24,578 nt of DNA from a bacterium (GCA_038127595.1 JAYPIC010000023.1:1-24578), one strand, 5' to 3'; shown: positions 9,589 through 18,176, counted from the stretch's first letter. Translations and numbers: made by a program. The notes: generated by a model from the sequence alone, not told the origin.

Positions 9589-10629
9589 ATGCAAAACAAA
9601 GAAAAAATCAGGCTGACTACCCTTAGCCATGGAGCTGGATGAGCTTGTAAAATAGGTCCTGAGGACCTTGCCCAGGTTCTGGGTAATTTAAAGATAAGCG
9701 CAAATGACTCCATCATCGCGGATTATACCACTACCGATGATGCAGCCGTCGTGCGCCTTGAAGATGGTAAGTTAATTCTGCAAACAGTTGATTTCTTTAC
9801 ACCTATCGTTGATGATCCGTACACATTTGGTCAAATATCTGCTGCAAACTCTCTTTCTGATATATATGCTATGGGCGGTAAGCCTTTGTTCGCCCTCAAC
9901 ATTGTTGGTTTCCCAATACAAAAATTATCAAATGACATTTTATCTGAGATTATGCAAGGAGGAGCAGATAAAGCAGCAGAAGCAGGGATTCCAATAGTTG
10001 GAGGGCACTCTGTTGATGATAATGAGCCCAAATATGGATTAGTTGTAACCGGGGAAGCAATTAGTAAAGAAATTTGGACAAATGCTGGCGCTAAACCTGG
10101 AGATAAAATAATACTCACTAAACCGATAGGAACAGGAATTATATCTACAGCGATAAAAAAAGAAAAAGCTTCAACGGAGATTATTTCACATGCTGTTGAT
10201 TCTATGAAAATGTTAAACAAAAAAGCTGCTGAAATTGCTCAAAAATTTAAACCAAATGCTGTAACTGATATAACTGGTTTTGGACTAGTTGGTCACCTTA
10301 TTGAGATATGCAATGCAAGTAATGTTTCTGCTGAAATTAATTTCAACAATATTGAACTTCTGCCTGGCACGGTTAAATTTTTAAAACAAGGTATAATGCC
10401 TGGAGGATCTAAACGCAATTTAAAGCACGCTGAAAATTTTACAATCTTTAATCCTAATTTAACATATAATCAAAAGCTAATCACCTGTGATGCCCAAACA
10501 TCTGGTGGCCTTCTAATTACTCTTTCAAATGGAGATGCCAATAAATTCATAGAGGAATTTGGTAAAAAGGCTAAAATTATTGGAGAGATAACAAGCAAAA
10601 AAAATAACTCAGTTAGCGTCGAGCTATGA
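9589..10629 (+). CDS. selD: Selenide, water dikinase (selenophosphate synthetase), selenocysteine-containing; 346 aa, Sec18 encoded by TGA 9640-9642
   Basis: ATG 9589 is in frame with the 9751 ORF and translates MQNKEKIRLTTLSHGAG*ACKIGPEDLAQVL...DDAAVV, matching the SelD N-terminus (RLTxxSHGAG-C/U-xCK). Downstream motifs QTVDFFTPIVDDP, ANSLSDIYAMGG, GGHS, TKPIGTG, TDITGFGL, DAQTSGGLL. Confidence 0.96.
9643..9699 (+). promoter_or_regulatory. Candidate bacterial SECIS element of selD
   Basis: Hairpin TTGCCCA-GGTTC-TGGGTAA (9668-9686) with a G-leading loop 32 nt after the UGA, preceded by AGGTCC-TGA-GGACCT (9654-9668). GCTTGT (9643-9648) can pair with ATAAGC (9694-9699). Pairings were identified by eye. 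Confidence 0.7.
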
Positions 10630-10649
10630 CATTCTATTTGCTTTAGAAC

Positions 10650-10679
10650 TTATATACGACAAAATTTATCGTATATAAT
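10650..10679 (+). promoter_or_regulatory. Candidate Rrf2 operator overlapping a -10 box of the SUF operon
   Basis: Perfect inverted repeat TTATATACGA (10650-10659) / TCGTATATAA (10669-10678) with a 9-bp spacer. Consensus TATAAT at 10674-10679, 45 bp before the rrf2 ATG. Confidence 0.7.
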
Positions 10680-10723
10680 GTTTGGTTTTATTTACAATCT
10701 TAATTTATACTTCCAGTCCTAAA

Positions 10724-11119
10724 ATGTTAAAAATAACTAAAAAAGTAGAATATGCTCTTATTGCAGTAAGGCATCTTCAAGAAAACAAAGATAAATTAGT
10801 GCCAGTAGCTGAAATTGCATCTTCTTACGGTATCCCGCGCGAAGTTCTAGCAAAAACACTTCAAAAACTAGCCAGTTCCAACGTAATTGAATCATGCAAG
10901 GGTCCTGCTGGCGGCTACAAAGCTTCTGATAAAATTGAAAAAACTACATTAAATGATTTTTTTGAAATTCTTGAGGGACCCACAGCAATTATGGATTGTT
11001 ATTTTGACTCTGGATGTGATCATTTAAGTAGCTGCAATATTCGTACTCCTATAAATAAAATAAATGATTCAATACGCAATCTTTTTGATAATCTAACATT
11101 AGCAGACATATCTCAATGA
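10724..11119 (+). CDS. Rrf2-family transcriptional regulator (IscR/SUF-regulator-like, three Cys)
   Basis: Start moved to ATG 10724 (MLKITKKVEYAL). Winged HTH with KGPAGGY and LEGP, followed by Cx5Cx5C (C92, C98, C104). First gene of the suf cluster. Confidence 0.9.
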   Translation: MLKITKKVEYALIAVRHLQENKDKLVPVAEIASSYGIPREVLAKTLQKLASSNVIESCKGPAGGYKASDKIEKTTLNDFFEILEGPTAIMDCYFDSGCDHLSSCNIRTPINKINDSIRNLFDNLTLADISQ

Positions 11120-11478
11120 AATTAAAAAATAAAATAATCGACATTCTCAAACAATGTTATGATCCTGAAATTCCCATCGATCTTTGGAATCTGGGACTAA
11201 TATATGACATAGATATTCAGCAAAATGATAATGGCATATCAGATGTAAAAGTGATCATGTCTTTAACAACTCCAGGATGTACGATGGGGCAACATATGGC
11301 TGAGGACATAAAAGCAAAAGTTTCAGCTATGCAAGAAATTGGCTCTGTCGATGTAGAAGTCACATTTGATCCTCCATGGAAGCCTGAAATGATGACAGAT
11401 GAGGCTAGAGAAAAGTTAGGCTTTGACAATGAAGTGCAAGAAAGCCAGCGAGAACAACTTGAAACCACATGGGAATGA
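11116..11478 (+). CDS. DUF59/SufT (MIP18-family) Fe-S maturation protein, short form
   Basis: YDPEIPIDLWNLGLIYDI, MSLTTPGC, VTFDPPWKPEMMTDEAR. ATGA overlap with rrf2. Confidence 0.9.
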   Translation: MKLKNKIIDILKQCYDPEIPIDLWNLGLIYDIDIQQNDNGISDVKVIMSLTTPGCTMGQHMAEDIKAKVSAMQEIGSVDVEVTFDPPWKPEMMTDEAREKLGFDNEVQESQREQLETTWE

Positions 11479-11482
11479 TATC

Positions 11483-11860
11483 ATGAAAAAAGAACATTCA
11501 ACAATTGATAAAGCTCAAAGTGAATTTAAAAATGCACAAATATTTGTGTCAAAAAAAGCTGTAAAAAGATTAAAAGCAGTAATGTCCTCTGAGGGAAAAA
11601 GCGATTATTTTTTACGGATGTCAGTTGATAGTGGTGGCTGTTCTGGCATGAACTATAAAATGGATTTCGATAAAAATCAGGATACCTATGATAAAGTTTT
11701 TGAGCAAAATGGATTAAAAGTGGTCTGCGACCTTAAAAGCTGGCTGTATTTGAAAAATATAACAATAGACTATTCCGATGACATGCTTAATGGTGGTTTT
11801 AAAATTGAAAATCCTAATGCGGAAAGGACTTGCGGCTGCGGCACCTCTTTTTCTGCTTAA
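11483..11860 (+). CDS. A-type Fe-S carrier (IscA/SufA/HesB family)
   Basis: GGCSGMNY and C-terminal NPNAERTCGCGTSF. Start placed at ATG 11483, just after the previous stop, instead of 11423. Confidence 0.9.
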   Translation: MKKEHSTIDKAQSEFKNAQIFVSKKAVKRLKAVMSSEGKSDYFLRMSVDSGGCSGMNYKMDFDKNQDTYDKVFEQNGLKVVCDLKSWLYLKNITIDYSDDMLNGGFKIENPNAERTCGCGTSFSA

Positions 11861-11883
11861 TTAATTCATCTGATTTATAAATA

Positions 11884-13332
11884 ATGAGTAAAGATCAAAA
11901 TAGCGTCATTGATCAGCGAGTCAATGAAGAGTATAAATATGGTTTTATTACAGACATAGAGTCTGATACACTACCCCCAGGCATAAGTGAGGATACCATA
12001 CATTTTATTTCTAACAAGAAAAAGGAACCCTCCTGGCTCTTGGAATGGCGTTTAAAAGCTTATAGAAAATGGCTTGAAATGGACGAACCTGATTGGCAGA
12101 AAGTCACATATGATAAAATTGATTATCAAGACATAAGTTATTTTTCAGCACCTAAAAAAAGTGAAGTGAAAAGTCTTGATGAGCTGGATCCAGAATTATT
12201 AAAAACGTACAATAAGTTGGGAATACCACTTGATGAGCAAAAGATGATGAATGGAATAGCAGTTGATGCAGTATTTGATAGTGTATCAGTAGCGACTACT
12301 TTTCGAGAAGAACTTAAAAGCCATGGTGTAATTTTTTGTAGTTTCTCCGAAGCCGCCATTGATTACCCAGACATTGTACAAAAATATTTGGGCAGTGTCA
12401 TTCCTTACACTGACAATTATTTTGCTTGCCTTAACTCCGCAGTTTTTACAGACGGATCGTTTGTCCTTATACCAAAAGGAGTAAAATGCCCAATGGAGCT
12501 TTCAACATACTTCAGAATCAATGAGGCAAAAACTGGCCAATTTGAAAGAACATTAATTATCGCTGAAGAGAGTAGTTCAGTTAGTTACCTTGAAGGATGC
12601 ACTGCCCCAATGCGCGACGAAAATCAATTACATGCGGCTGTGGTAGAGCTTGTAGCACTTGACAATGCCACAATCAAATATTCTACAGTGCAAAATTGGT
12701 ATCCAGGAAACCCGGACACTGGAGAAGGTGGAATTTATAATTTTGTTACAAAAAGAGGTTTGTGCTCAGGAATTAACTCAAGGATATCATGGACTCAAGT
12801 AGAAACAGGATCAGCAGTAACTTGGAAATATCCAAGTTGTATCTTAAAAGGAGATAATTCTGTTGGTGAATTTTATTCAGTAGCGCTTACAAACAATCGA
12901 CAGCAAGCAGACACTGGTACAAAAATGATTCACATTGGAAAAAACACAAAAAGTACAATCATATCGAAGGGTATCTCAGCTGGTAAAGGACAGCAAACCT
13001 ACAGAGGTGAGGTTAAAATTATGAAGAATGCCGATAACGCAAGAAATTTTTCTCAGTGCGATTCAATATTAATTGGAGATCGTTGCGGAGCTCATACATT
13101 CCCTTACATTGATGTCAGAAATCAAACCGCTACAATGGAACATGAGGCCTCTACCTCGAAAATTGGTGAAGATCAACTTTTTTATTGTAACCAAAGAGGG
13201 ATAGATACAGAAGATGCAGTTTCTATGATTGTCAACGGTTTTTGCAAAGAGGTTTTTAATGAGCTGCCAATGGAATTTGCCATGGAAGCTACAAAATTAA
13301 TGGAAGTCAGCTTGGAAGGTAGTGTAGGATAA
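11884..13332 (+). CDS. sufB: Fe-S cluster assembly scaffold SufB
   Basis: [69 protein letters not shown]. Confidence 0.97.
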   Translation: MSKDQNSVIDQRVNEEYKYGFITDIESDTLPPGISEDTIHFISNKKKEPSWLLEWRLKAYRKWLEMDEPDWQKVTYDKIDYQDISYFSAPKKSEVKSLDELDPELLKTYNKLGIPLDEQKMMNGIAVDAVFDSVSVATTFREELKSHGVIFCSFSEAAIDYPDIVQKYLGSVIPYTDNYFACLNSAVFTDGSFVLIPKGVKCPMELSTYFRINEAKTGQFERTLIIAEESSSVSYLEGCTAPMRDENQLHAAVVELVALDNATIKYSTVQNWYPGNPDTGEGGIYNFVTKRGLCSGINSRISWTQVETGSAVTWKYPSCILKGDNSVGEFYSVALTNNRQQADTGTKMIHIGKNTKSTIISKGISAGKGQQTYRGEVKIMKNADNARNFSQCDSILIGDRCGAHTFPYIDVRNQTATMEHEASTSKIGEDQLFYCNQRGIDTEDAVSMIVNGFCKEVFNELPMEFAMEATKLMEVSLEGSVG

Positions 13333-13345
13333 TGGTTGGTACGAT

Positions 13346-14086
13346 ATGTTAGAAATAAAAAATTTACACGTTGAAGTCGAAAATAAACAAATTTTAAATG
13401 GTATTAGTTTGAACGTAAAAGCAGGTGAAATGCATGCTATCATGGGTCTTAATGGATCAGGAAAAAGCACATTATCCAATGCTATAACCGGCAGAGAAAA
13501 TTACAATGTCACAAAAGGCGATATCATTTATAAAAATCAATCTCTTTTAGATGTAGAGCCTAATGAGCGAGCTCTAAATGGAATCTTCATGTCATTCCAA
13601 TATCCAACTGTAATTCCAGGTGTAAACAATGCCTATTTTTTAAGAGCTGCTGTTAATGCTAAAAAAAAATACAACGGTGAAAAAGAATATGATGCTGCAT
13701 CTTTTTTGAAATTCGTTAAAACTAAATTAAAAGAAGTTGACATGGACCCTAAATACTTAAAGCGAGCGGTAAATGAAGGGTTTTCGGGAGGTGAAAAAAA
13801 ACGAAATGAAATGTTACAACTTCTTTGCCTAGAGCCAGAACTTGCCATCCTAGATGAAACAGATTCAGGATTAGATATTGATGCTCTCAAAATAATCGCT
13901 AATGGTGTTAATAAATACAAAAATAGTTCACGCAGTTTTTTAGTTATCACTCACTACCAAAGATTGTTAAAATATATTGAGCCAGATGTTGTCCATGTAC
14001 TTATCGACGGAAAAATCGTTAAGACTGGTGGAAAGGAATTAGCTCTTAAACTTGAAGAAAAAGGCTACGGCTGGCTCGAGTCATGA
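13346..14086 (+). CDS. sufC: Fe-S cluster assembly ATPase SufC
   Basis: Walker A GLNGSGKST, FQYP, VNEGFSGGEKKRNE, ILDETDSGLDIDAL, ITHYQRLL. Confidence 0.97.
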   Translation: MLEIKNLHVEVENKQILNGISLNVKAGEMHAIMGLNGSGKSTLSNAITGRENYNVTKGDIIYKNQSLLDVEPNERALNGIFMSFQYPTVIPGVNNAYFLRAAVNAKKKYNGEKEYDAASFLKFVKTKLKEVDMDPKYLKRAVNEGFSGGEKKRNEMLQLLCLEPELAILDETDSGLDIDALKIIANGVNKYKNSSRSFLVITHYQRLLKYIEPDVVHVLIDGKIVKTGGKELALKLEEKGYGWLES

Positions 14087-15345
14087 ACACCTCCGATTAT
14101 CAGCAAGAGTTTGATAAAATTATAGCTCGTAAATATTTTGACAAAACCTTAGAGAAAACTAGAAAAGAAGCTTTTTCTAAATTTTTAAATCTTGGTATAC
14201 CCACAAAAAAATGGGAAAACTGGAGACATACAGATTTATCTTTAATCAACAAACAAAACTTTAGAATATCTGAAAAACATGATGCGCCAAACAAGGAATT
14301 AAATATTTCAGATTATGATATAAAAAATTGTTATACAGTAGTAATTAAAAATGGTCATTATATTAAAAATGACTCTATTATACCCAAAGGCGTAAAAATT
14401 TTGACTAATCTGGAATATCTTAAACAGAATAACTGGGAACAAAAAAGCAAGAAAGAGACGCCGTTTGATTTATTAAATACTTCTTTTTGCGACAGCGGCC
14501 TTTCTTTTATTATTGAACCTAACGTAAAAATTAGTAATCCTATACATGTACTTTTCATTTACTCCGGTAACGATAACTTATTCGTAAACCCACAAATTAA
14601 TATTGATATTAGCCATTCAAGTTCTGCTACTTTTATTGAGCAATATACTGCTGGACAATCTTCATCATTTCAAAATACTAGTGTTTTTTGTTGTATGAAA
14701 GAAAACGCAACACTGAATCATATTCGTATTTTCTCTAGTGCAGATGAAGCCATTAATATTTCAAGCTTATACACTGAACAAGCTGAGGGCTCTAACTATG
14801 AATGTTTCCAGTTTGTTAATAGCTGTGTTCTGCATCGCTCTGACATTTATGGAAAATTGAACGGGGTAAATTCCTCATGCTCTTTATCTGGATTGACTTT
14901 ATCTAAAGATAAGCAGCATTCAGCTACTTATATAAATACAGACCATGCCAAACCTCATTGCACAAGCTCACAGAATTTTAAATCAATTTTAAATGATATG
15001 TCATCAGGGGTATTCAACGGAAGAACAGTTGTGCAAGAAGATTCGCAAAAAACAAACTCTAGACAGTCAAACAAAAACCTTCTTCTTTCAGACAAAGCAT
15101 TGATGAACTCAAATCCTCAATTAGAAATATACGCAGATGATGTTAAGTGCGCACACGGCTCTACAACAGGAGCTCTTGATAAAGAGGCATTGTTTTATAT
15201 GCAATCACGCGGTATAAATAAAGAGGAGGCATCTTCGCTCCTTATCAGAGGCTTCGCCTCAGAACTCATAAATGAAGTGCAGCATAGGGAAACGAAAAAG
15301 TACCTTTTGAATAAATTTGACCATTGGCTTAGATATTATAATTAA
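14083..15345 (+). CDS. sufD: Fe-S cluster assembly protein SufD
   Basis: PTKKWENWRHT N-terminus, GVFNG, NKNLLLS, PQLEIYADDVKCAHGST, LFYMQSRGI. ATGA overlap with sufC. Confidence 0.95.
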   Translation: MNTSDYQQEFDKIIARKYFDKTLEKTRKEAFSKFLNLGIPTKKWENWRHTDLSLINKQNFRISEKHDAPNKELNISDYDIKNCYTVVIKNGHYIKNDSIIPKGVKILTNLEYLKQNNWEQKSKKETPFDLLNTSFCDSGLSFIIEPNVKISNPIHVLFIYSGNDNLFVNPQINIDISHSSSATFIEQYTAGQSSSFQNTSVFCCMKENATLNHIRIFSSADEAINISSLYTEQAEGSNYECFQFVNSCVLHRSDIYGKLNGVNSSCSLSGLTLSKDKQHSATYINTDHAKPHCTSSQNFKSILNDMSSGVFNGRTVVQEDSQKTNSRQSNKNLLLSDKALMNSNPQLEIYADDVKCAHGSTTGALDKEALFYMQSRGINKEEASSLLIRGFASELINEVQHRETKKYLLNKFDHWLRYYN

Positions 15346-15347
15346 TC

Positions 15348-15752
15348 ATGAGTATTGAAAAAACTTTAAATGAAATTGAAGACCTATTCGATATTTTTGA
15401 TGATCCAAAAGATAAACTATCACAACTAATGGATATCGCAAAAGATTATGATGGGATACCAGAAGTTCAACGTACAGACCAATCAAAAATTCCAGGCTGC
15501 ACCTCTCAGGCTTGGATCATTTCTGAAAAAAGGGATGATAATTATTTTTTCACTTGCGATTCAGATGCTTTAATAGTCAAAGGTTTGTTATCCCTACTCT
15601 GCAAAATTTTTAGTGGCCACAAGTCAGAAGAAATCATATCTATAAGCCACTCAGAAATCTTAAATAGCATAGGCTTATCCGGTTTAATTACAGTTCAACG
15701 GACTAACGGATTTGCTAGTGCTGTTAAAAAAATTCATGAAATGTGTATGTGA
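15348..15752 (+). CDS. sufE: Sulfur acceptor SufE
   Basis: IPGCTSQAW (GCxSQxW motif), DSDALIVKGL, RTNG. Confidence 0.92.
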   Translation: MSIEKTLNEIEDLFDIFDDPKDKLSQLMDIAKDYDGIPEVQRTDQSKIPGCTSQAWIISEKRDDNYFFTCDSDALIVKGLLSLLCKIFSGHKSEEIISISHSEILNSIGLSGLITVQRTNGFASAVKKIHEMCM

Positions 15753-16294
15753 TGAACCAAACAAAAAAAAGTATAAGATTATTAAGAGATGTTGAAGCAA
15801 ATATGGTACCATCGGGTGATAAGGTAACGCTAGCTGAAGGTAATTTAGTTCAAATTACACAATCATTAGGCGGGAACCATACGGTTATAATCAATGGAAA
15901 TATGGCACAAATTTCTTCAGATAATGCTGATGCTCTCGGTGTAAAAGTTGAGGAAAACTTACACCATTCTGCTGATTCTAGTTTTTCAGAACAATTAGTT
16001 TGGGATCAGTTGAAAACATGTTATGACCCAGAAATTCCAGTAAACATCGTTGAACTCGGGTTGATATATGATCTGAATATAAAAAATGAAGAAGATGGTG
16101 AAAAAAATATTACAATAATGATGACATTAACAGCGCCGGGATGTGGCATGGGCCCAGTAATAGCTGATGAGGTAGAAAGGAAAGTTAGCGCGTTGAATAG
16201 TGTTAAAAGCGTTAAAGTTGAATTAGTTTGGGAACCGCAATGGAACCAAGGAATGATGTCCGAAGCTGCACAACTTGAATTAGGCATGTTTTAA
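15752..16294 (+). CDS. sufT: Putative Fe-S assembly protein SufT, long form (N-terminal domain plus DUF59)
   Basis: RDVEANMVPSG...ITQSLGG N-domain; CYDPEIPVNIVELGLIY, MTLTAPGCGMG, WEPQWNQGMMSEAAQLELG. Start ATG 15752 overlaps the sufE stop (TGATG). Confidence 0.9.
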   Translation: MNQTKKSIRLLRDVEANMVPSGDKVTLAEGNLVQITQSLGGNHTVIINGNMAQISSDNADALGVKVEENLHHSADSSFSEQLVWDQLKTCYDPEIPVNIVELGLIYDLNIKNEEDGEKNITIMMTLTAPGCGMGPVIADEVERKVSALNSVKSVKVELVWEPQWNQGMMSEAAQLELGMF

Positions 16295-16301
16295 AAAGCG
16301 A

Positions 16302-17498
16302 ATGACAAGTTTAATACAAAAAACCGATTTCCCCATATTCGACGATGAGAAGCTAATATACCTTGATAGTGCATCAACTTCTCAAAAACCAAAAATTGTT
16401 TTAGATACAATAAAAAAGGCGTATGAAAGTTCAAATGCAAATGTTCACAGGGCTCTGTATGATCTTGGTTCAAGATCAACTGAGCTTTATGAGTCTTCAA
16501 GGGAAACTATATCTAACTTTATAAATGCATATTCATCAAAAGAAGTTATTTTTACTGGTGGTGCTACTGAATCAATAAATCTATTATCTTATTCACTTGA
16601 GAAAAAAATTCAGAAGGGTGATGAAATATTACTTAGCCATATGGAACATCATGCAAACATTGTACCTTGGCAACAGCTAGCAAAAAGATGCGGCGCCCAA
16701 TTAAAATATCTTCCTTTGACAGACTCTGGAGATTTAGACCTATCTAAAAAGGAGCAGTATTTCACAAATAAAACCAAGATAGTATCTATTACACACATGT
16801 CAAATGTTCTCGGCACAATTAATCCAATCAAAAAAATTGCAAAAATAGTTAAATCAATTGGAGCAATTTTCATTATTGACGGAGCTCAAAGCGTCTCACA
16901 TATGCCTGTAGATGTCCAAAAGCTCGGATGTGACTTCCTAGCGTTCTCTGGACACAAGATGTTGGGACCTACTGGAGTTGGAGTGCTCTGGGGAAAATTG
17001 AATTTATTAAATGATTTGGAACCATTTTTAAGTGGCGGGGAGATGATTGAAAAAGTAACGCTAGACAACTCTACCTGGAATGAAGTACCATATAAGTTTG
17101 AGGCAGGTACGCCAAACTACATTCAAGCAATTGGACTTGGTGCTGCTGTTAAATATCTTAAAGAAATTGGCATGAATGAAGTGCGTAATTACGAAGAAAC
17201 TTTAACTTCGTATGCATTAGAAAAACTTCAAAGTATTCCAAACATTTACATACATGGCAATCCAAAAAAAAGAGGTGGCGTAATAAGTTTTAACATTGGT
17301 GGAGTACACCCGCAAGATCTTGCTCAATTTTTAAATGAAGATAAAATATGTTTAAGGGTTGGGCATCATTGTGCACAGCCTTTATTGGAAACCCTTAATG
17401 AAACGTCTACAGCTAGGATTAGTTTTTACATTTATAATAATTTTTCTGACATTGATAAATTAGTAGATTCGATCAATTCAACAATTAAGTACTTTTAA
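16302..17498 (+). CDS. sufS: SufS-type (group II) cysteine desulfurase / selenocysteine lyase
   Basis: YLDSASTSQKP, NVHR, MEHHANIVPW, DGAQ, PLP-lysine motif SGHKMLGPTG, FEAGTP, catalytic RVGHHCAQP. Confidence 0.96.
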   Translation: MTSLIQKTDFPIFDDEKLIYLDSASTSQKPKIVLDTIKKAYESSNANVHRALYDLGSRSTELYESSRETISNFINAYSSKEVIFTGGATESINLLSYSLEKKIQKGDEILLSHMEHHANIVPWQQLAKRCGAQLKYLPLTDSGDLDLSKKEQYFTNKTKIVSITHMSNVLGTINPIKKIAKIVKSIGAIFIIDGAQSVSHMPVDVQKLGCDFLAFSGHKMLGPTGVGVLWGKLNLLNDLEPFLSGGEMIEKVTLDNSTWNEVPYKFEAGTPNYIQAIGLGAAVKYLKEIGMNEVRNYEETLTSYALEKLQSIPNIYIHGNPKKRGGVISFNIGGVHPQDLAQFLNEDKICLRVGHHCAQPLLETLNETSTARISFYIYNNFSDIDKLVDSINSTIKYF

Positions 17499-17499
17499 A

Positions 17500-17748
17500 A
17501 TGAAAACTATTTTATTAGAAGATTTCCTTGATGATGGCATCATAAAAGAGAAATCTTTTAGAGAGAAAATAAACCTGATGAACTTTGAAATATTTAGTGA
17601 TGAAAAAGTAATCATTAAAGGCTGTGCGGGTGTACCAGTCCCCACATGGGCCTATTTAATCATCGTGGCAAACCTTGCTCAAGTAGCAGACAAAATTTAT
17701 TTTGGCGAACCACGTCACGCAGTAAAAATTTTCAATAGAGTGAAATAA
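17500..17748 (+). CDS. DUF2480-like small protein (82 aa, single-unit form)
   Basis: DFLDDGIIKEKSFRE, VIIKGC, VPTWAY and IYFGE resemble DUF2480 motifs as I recall them. 1 bp after sufS. Confidence 0.7.
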   Translation: MKTILLEDFLDDGIIKEKSFREKINLMNFEIFSDEKVIIKGCAGVPVPTWAYLIIVANLAQVADKIYFGEPRHAVKIFNRVK

Positions 17749-17753
17749 AATAT

Positions 17754-18176
17754 ATGAGTGAACGTGTCAGCTGGAAAACGTACTTTATGAACATTGCTAA
17801 AGAGGTCGCCACTCGCTCTACCTGCGATCGTAAACATGTTGGAGCTGTGATCGTTAGAGACAAAACAATTCTATCCACAGGTTATAATGGTAGTATTAAA
17901 GGACTAAAACATTGTGACGACATTGGACATGAAATGGTAGATGGCCATTGTGTGAGAACCACTCATGCTGAGGCAAATGCCATTGTACAAGCAGCAAAAA
18001 ATGGTGTTAGTATAAATGGCTCGGAGATTTTTGTCACAGCATCACCATGCTATAACTGTTTTAAGCTCATAGCGAACTCTGGTATAAATAAAATATACTA
18101 TGATGAGTTTTACAGAGATGATAGAATTATTAAATATGCTTCAGAGGCAAATATAGAATTGATAGCAATGGATTAG
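17754..18176 (+). CDS. dCMP deaminase (ComEB-like, Zn-dependent)
   Basis: WxxYFMxIA, RSTC, VGAVIV, TGYNG, catalytic HAEANA and PCYNC. Confidence 0.92.
   Translation: MSERVSWKTYFMNIAKEVATRSTCDRKHVGAVIVRDKTILSTGYNGSIKGLKHCDDIGHEMVDGHCVRTTHAEANAIVQAAKNGVSINGSEIFVTASPCYNCFKLIANSGINKIYYDEFYRDDRIIKYASEANIELIAMD

Noticed and set aside
9751..10629. 292-aa ORF-track version of selD, or selD as a pseudogene
   Set aside because: It lacks the catalytic N-terminus. The upstream in-frame sequence is intact, and its only stop is a TGA at the known Sec position followed by a SECIS-like hairpin.
10650..10690. The palindrome as an intrinsic terminator for selD
   Set aside because: The stem is AT-rich with only 2 GC pairs, has a 9-nt loop and no immediate U-run. 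Its overlap with TATAAT before a regulator gene fits an operator better, although a weak terminator role is not excluded.
11483..11860. A-type carrier as a HesB-like selenoprotein
   Set aside because: All conserved Cys positions are TGT/TGC and there is no in-frame TGA.
15741..15776. SufE ending ...MCM-TGA-TGA as a possible C-terminal Sec motif
   Set aside because: The SufE domain is already complete, the TGA overlaps the sufT start (TGATG), and the downstream sequence is A-rich with no hairpin.
17754..18176. Deaminase as an anti-phage dCTP deaminase
   Set aside because: It is a 140-aa standalone ComEB-like domain without the kinase-like domain of defence dCTP deaminases, in a housekeeping context.
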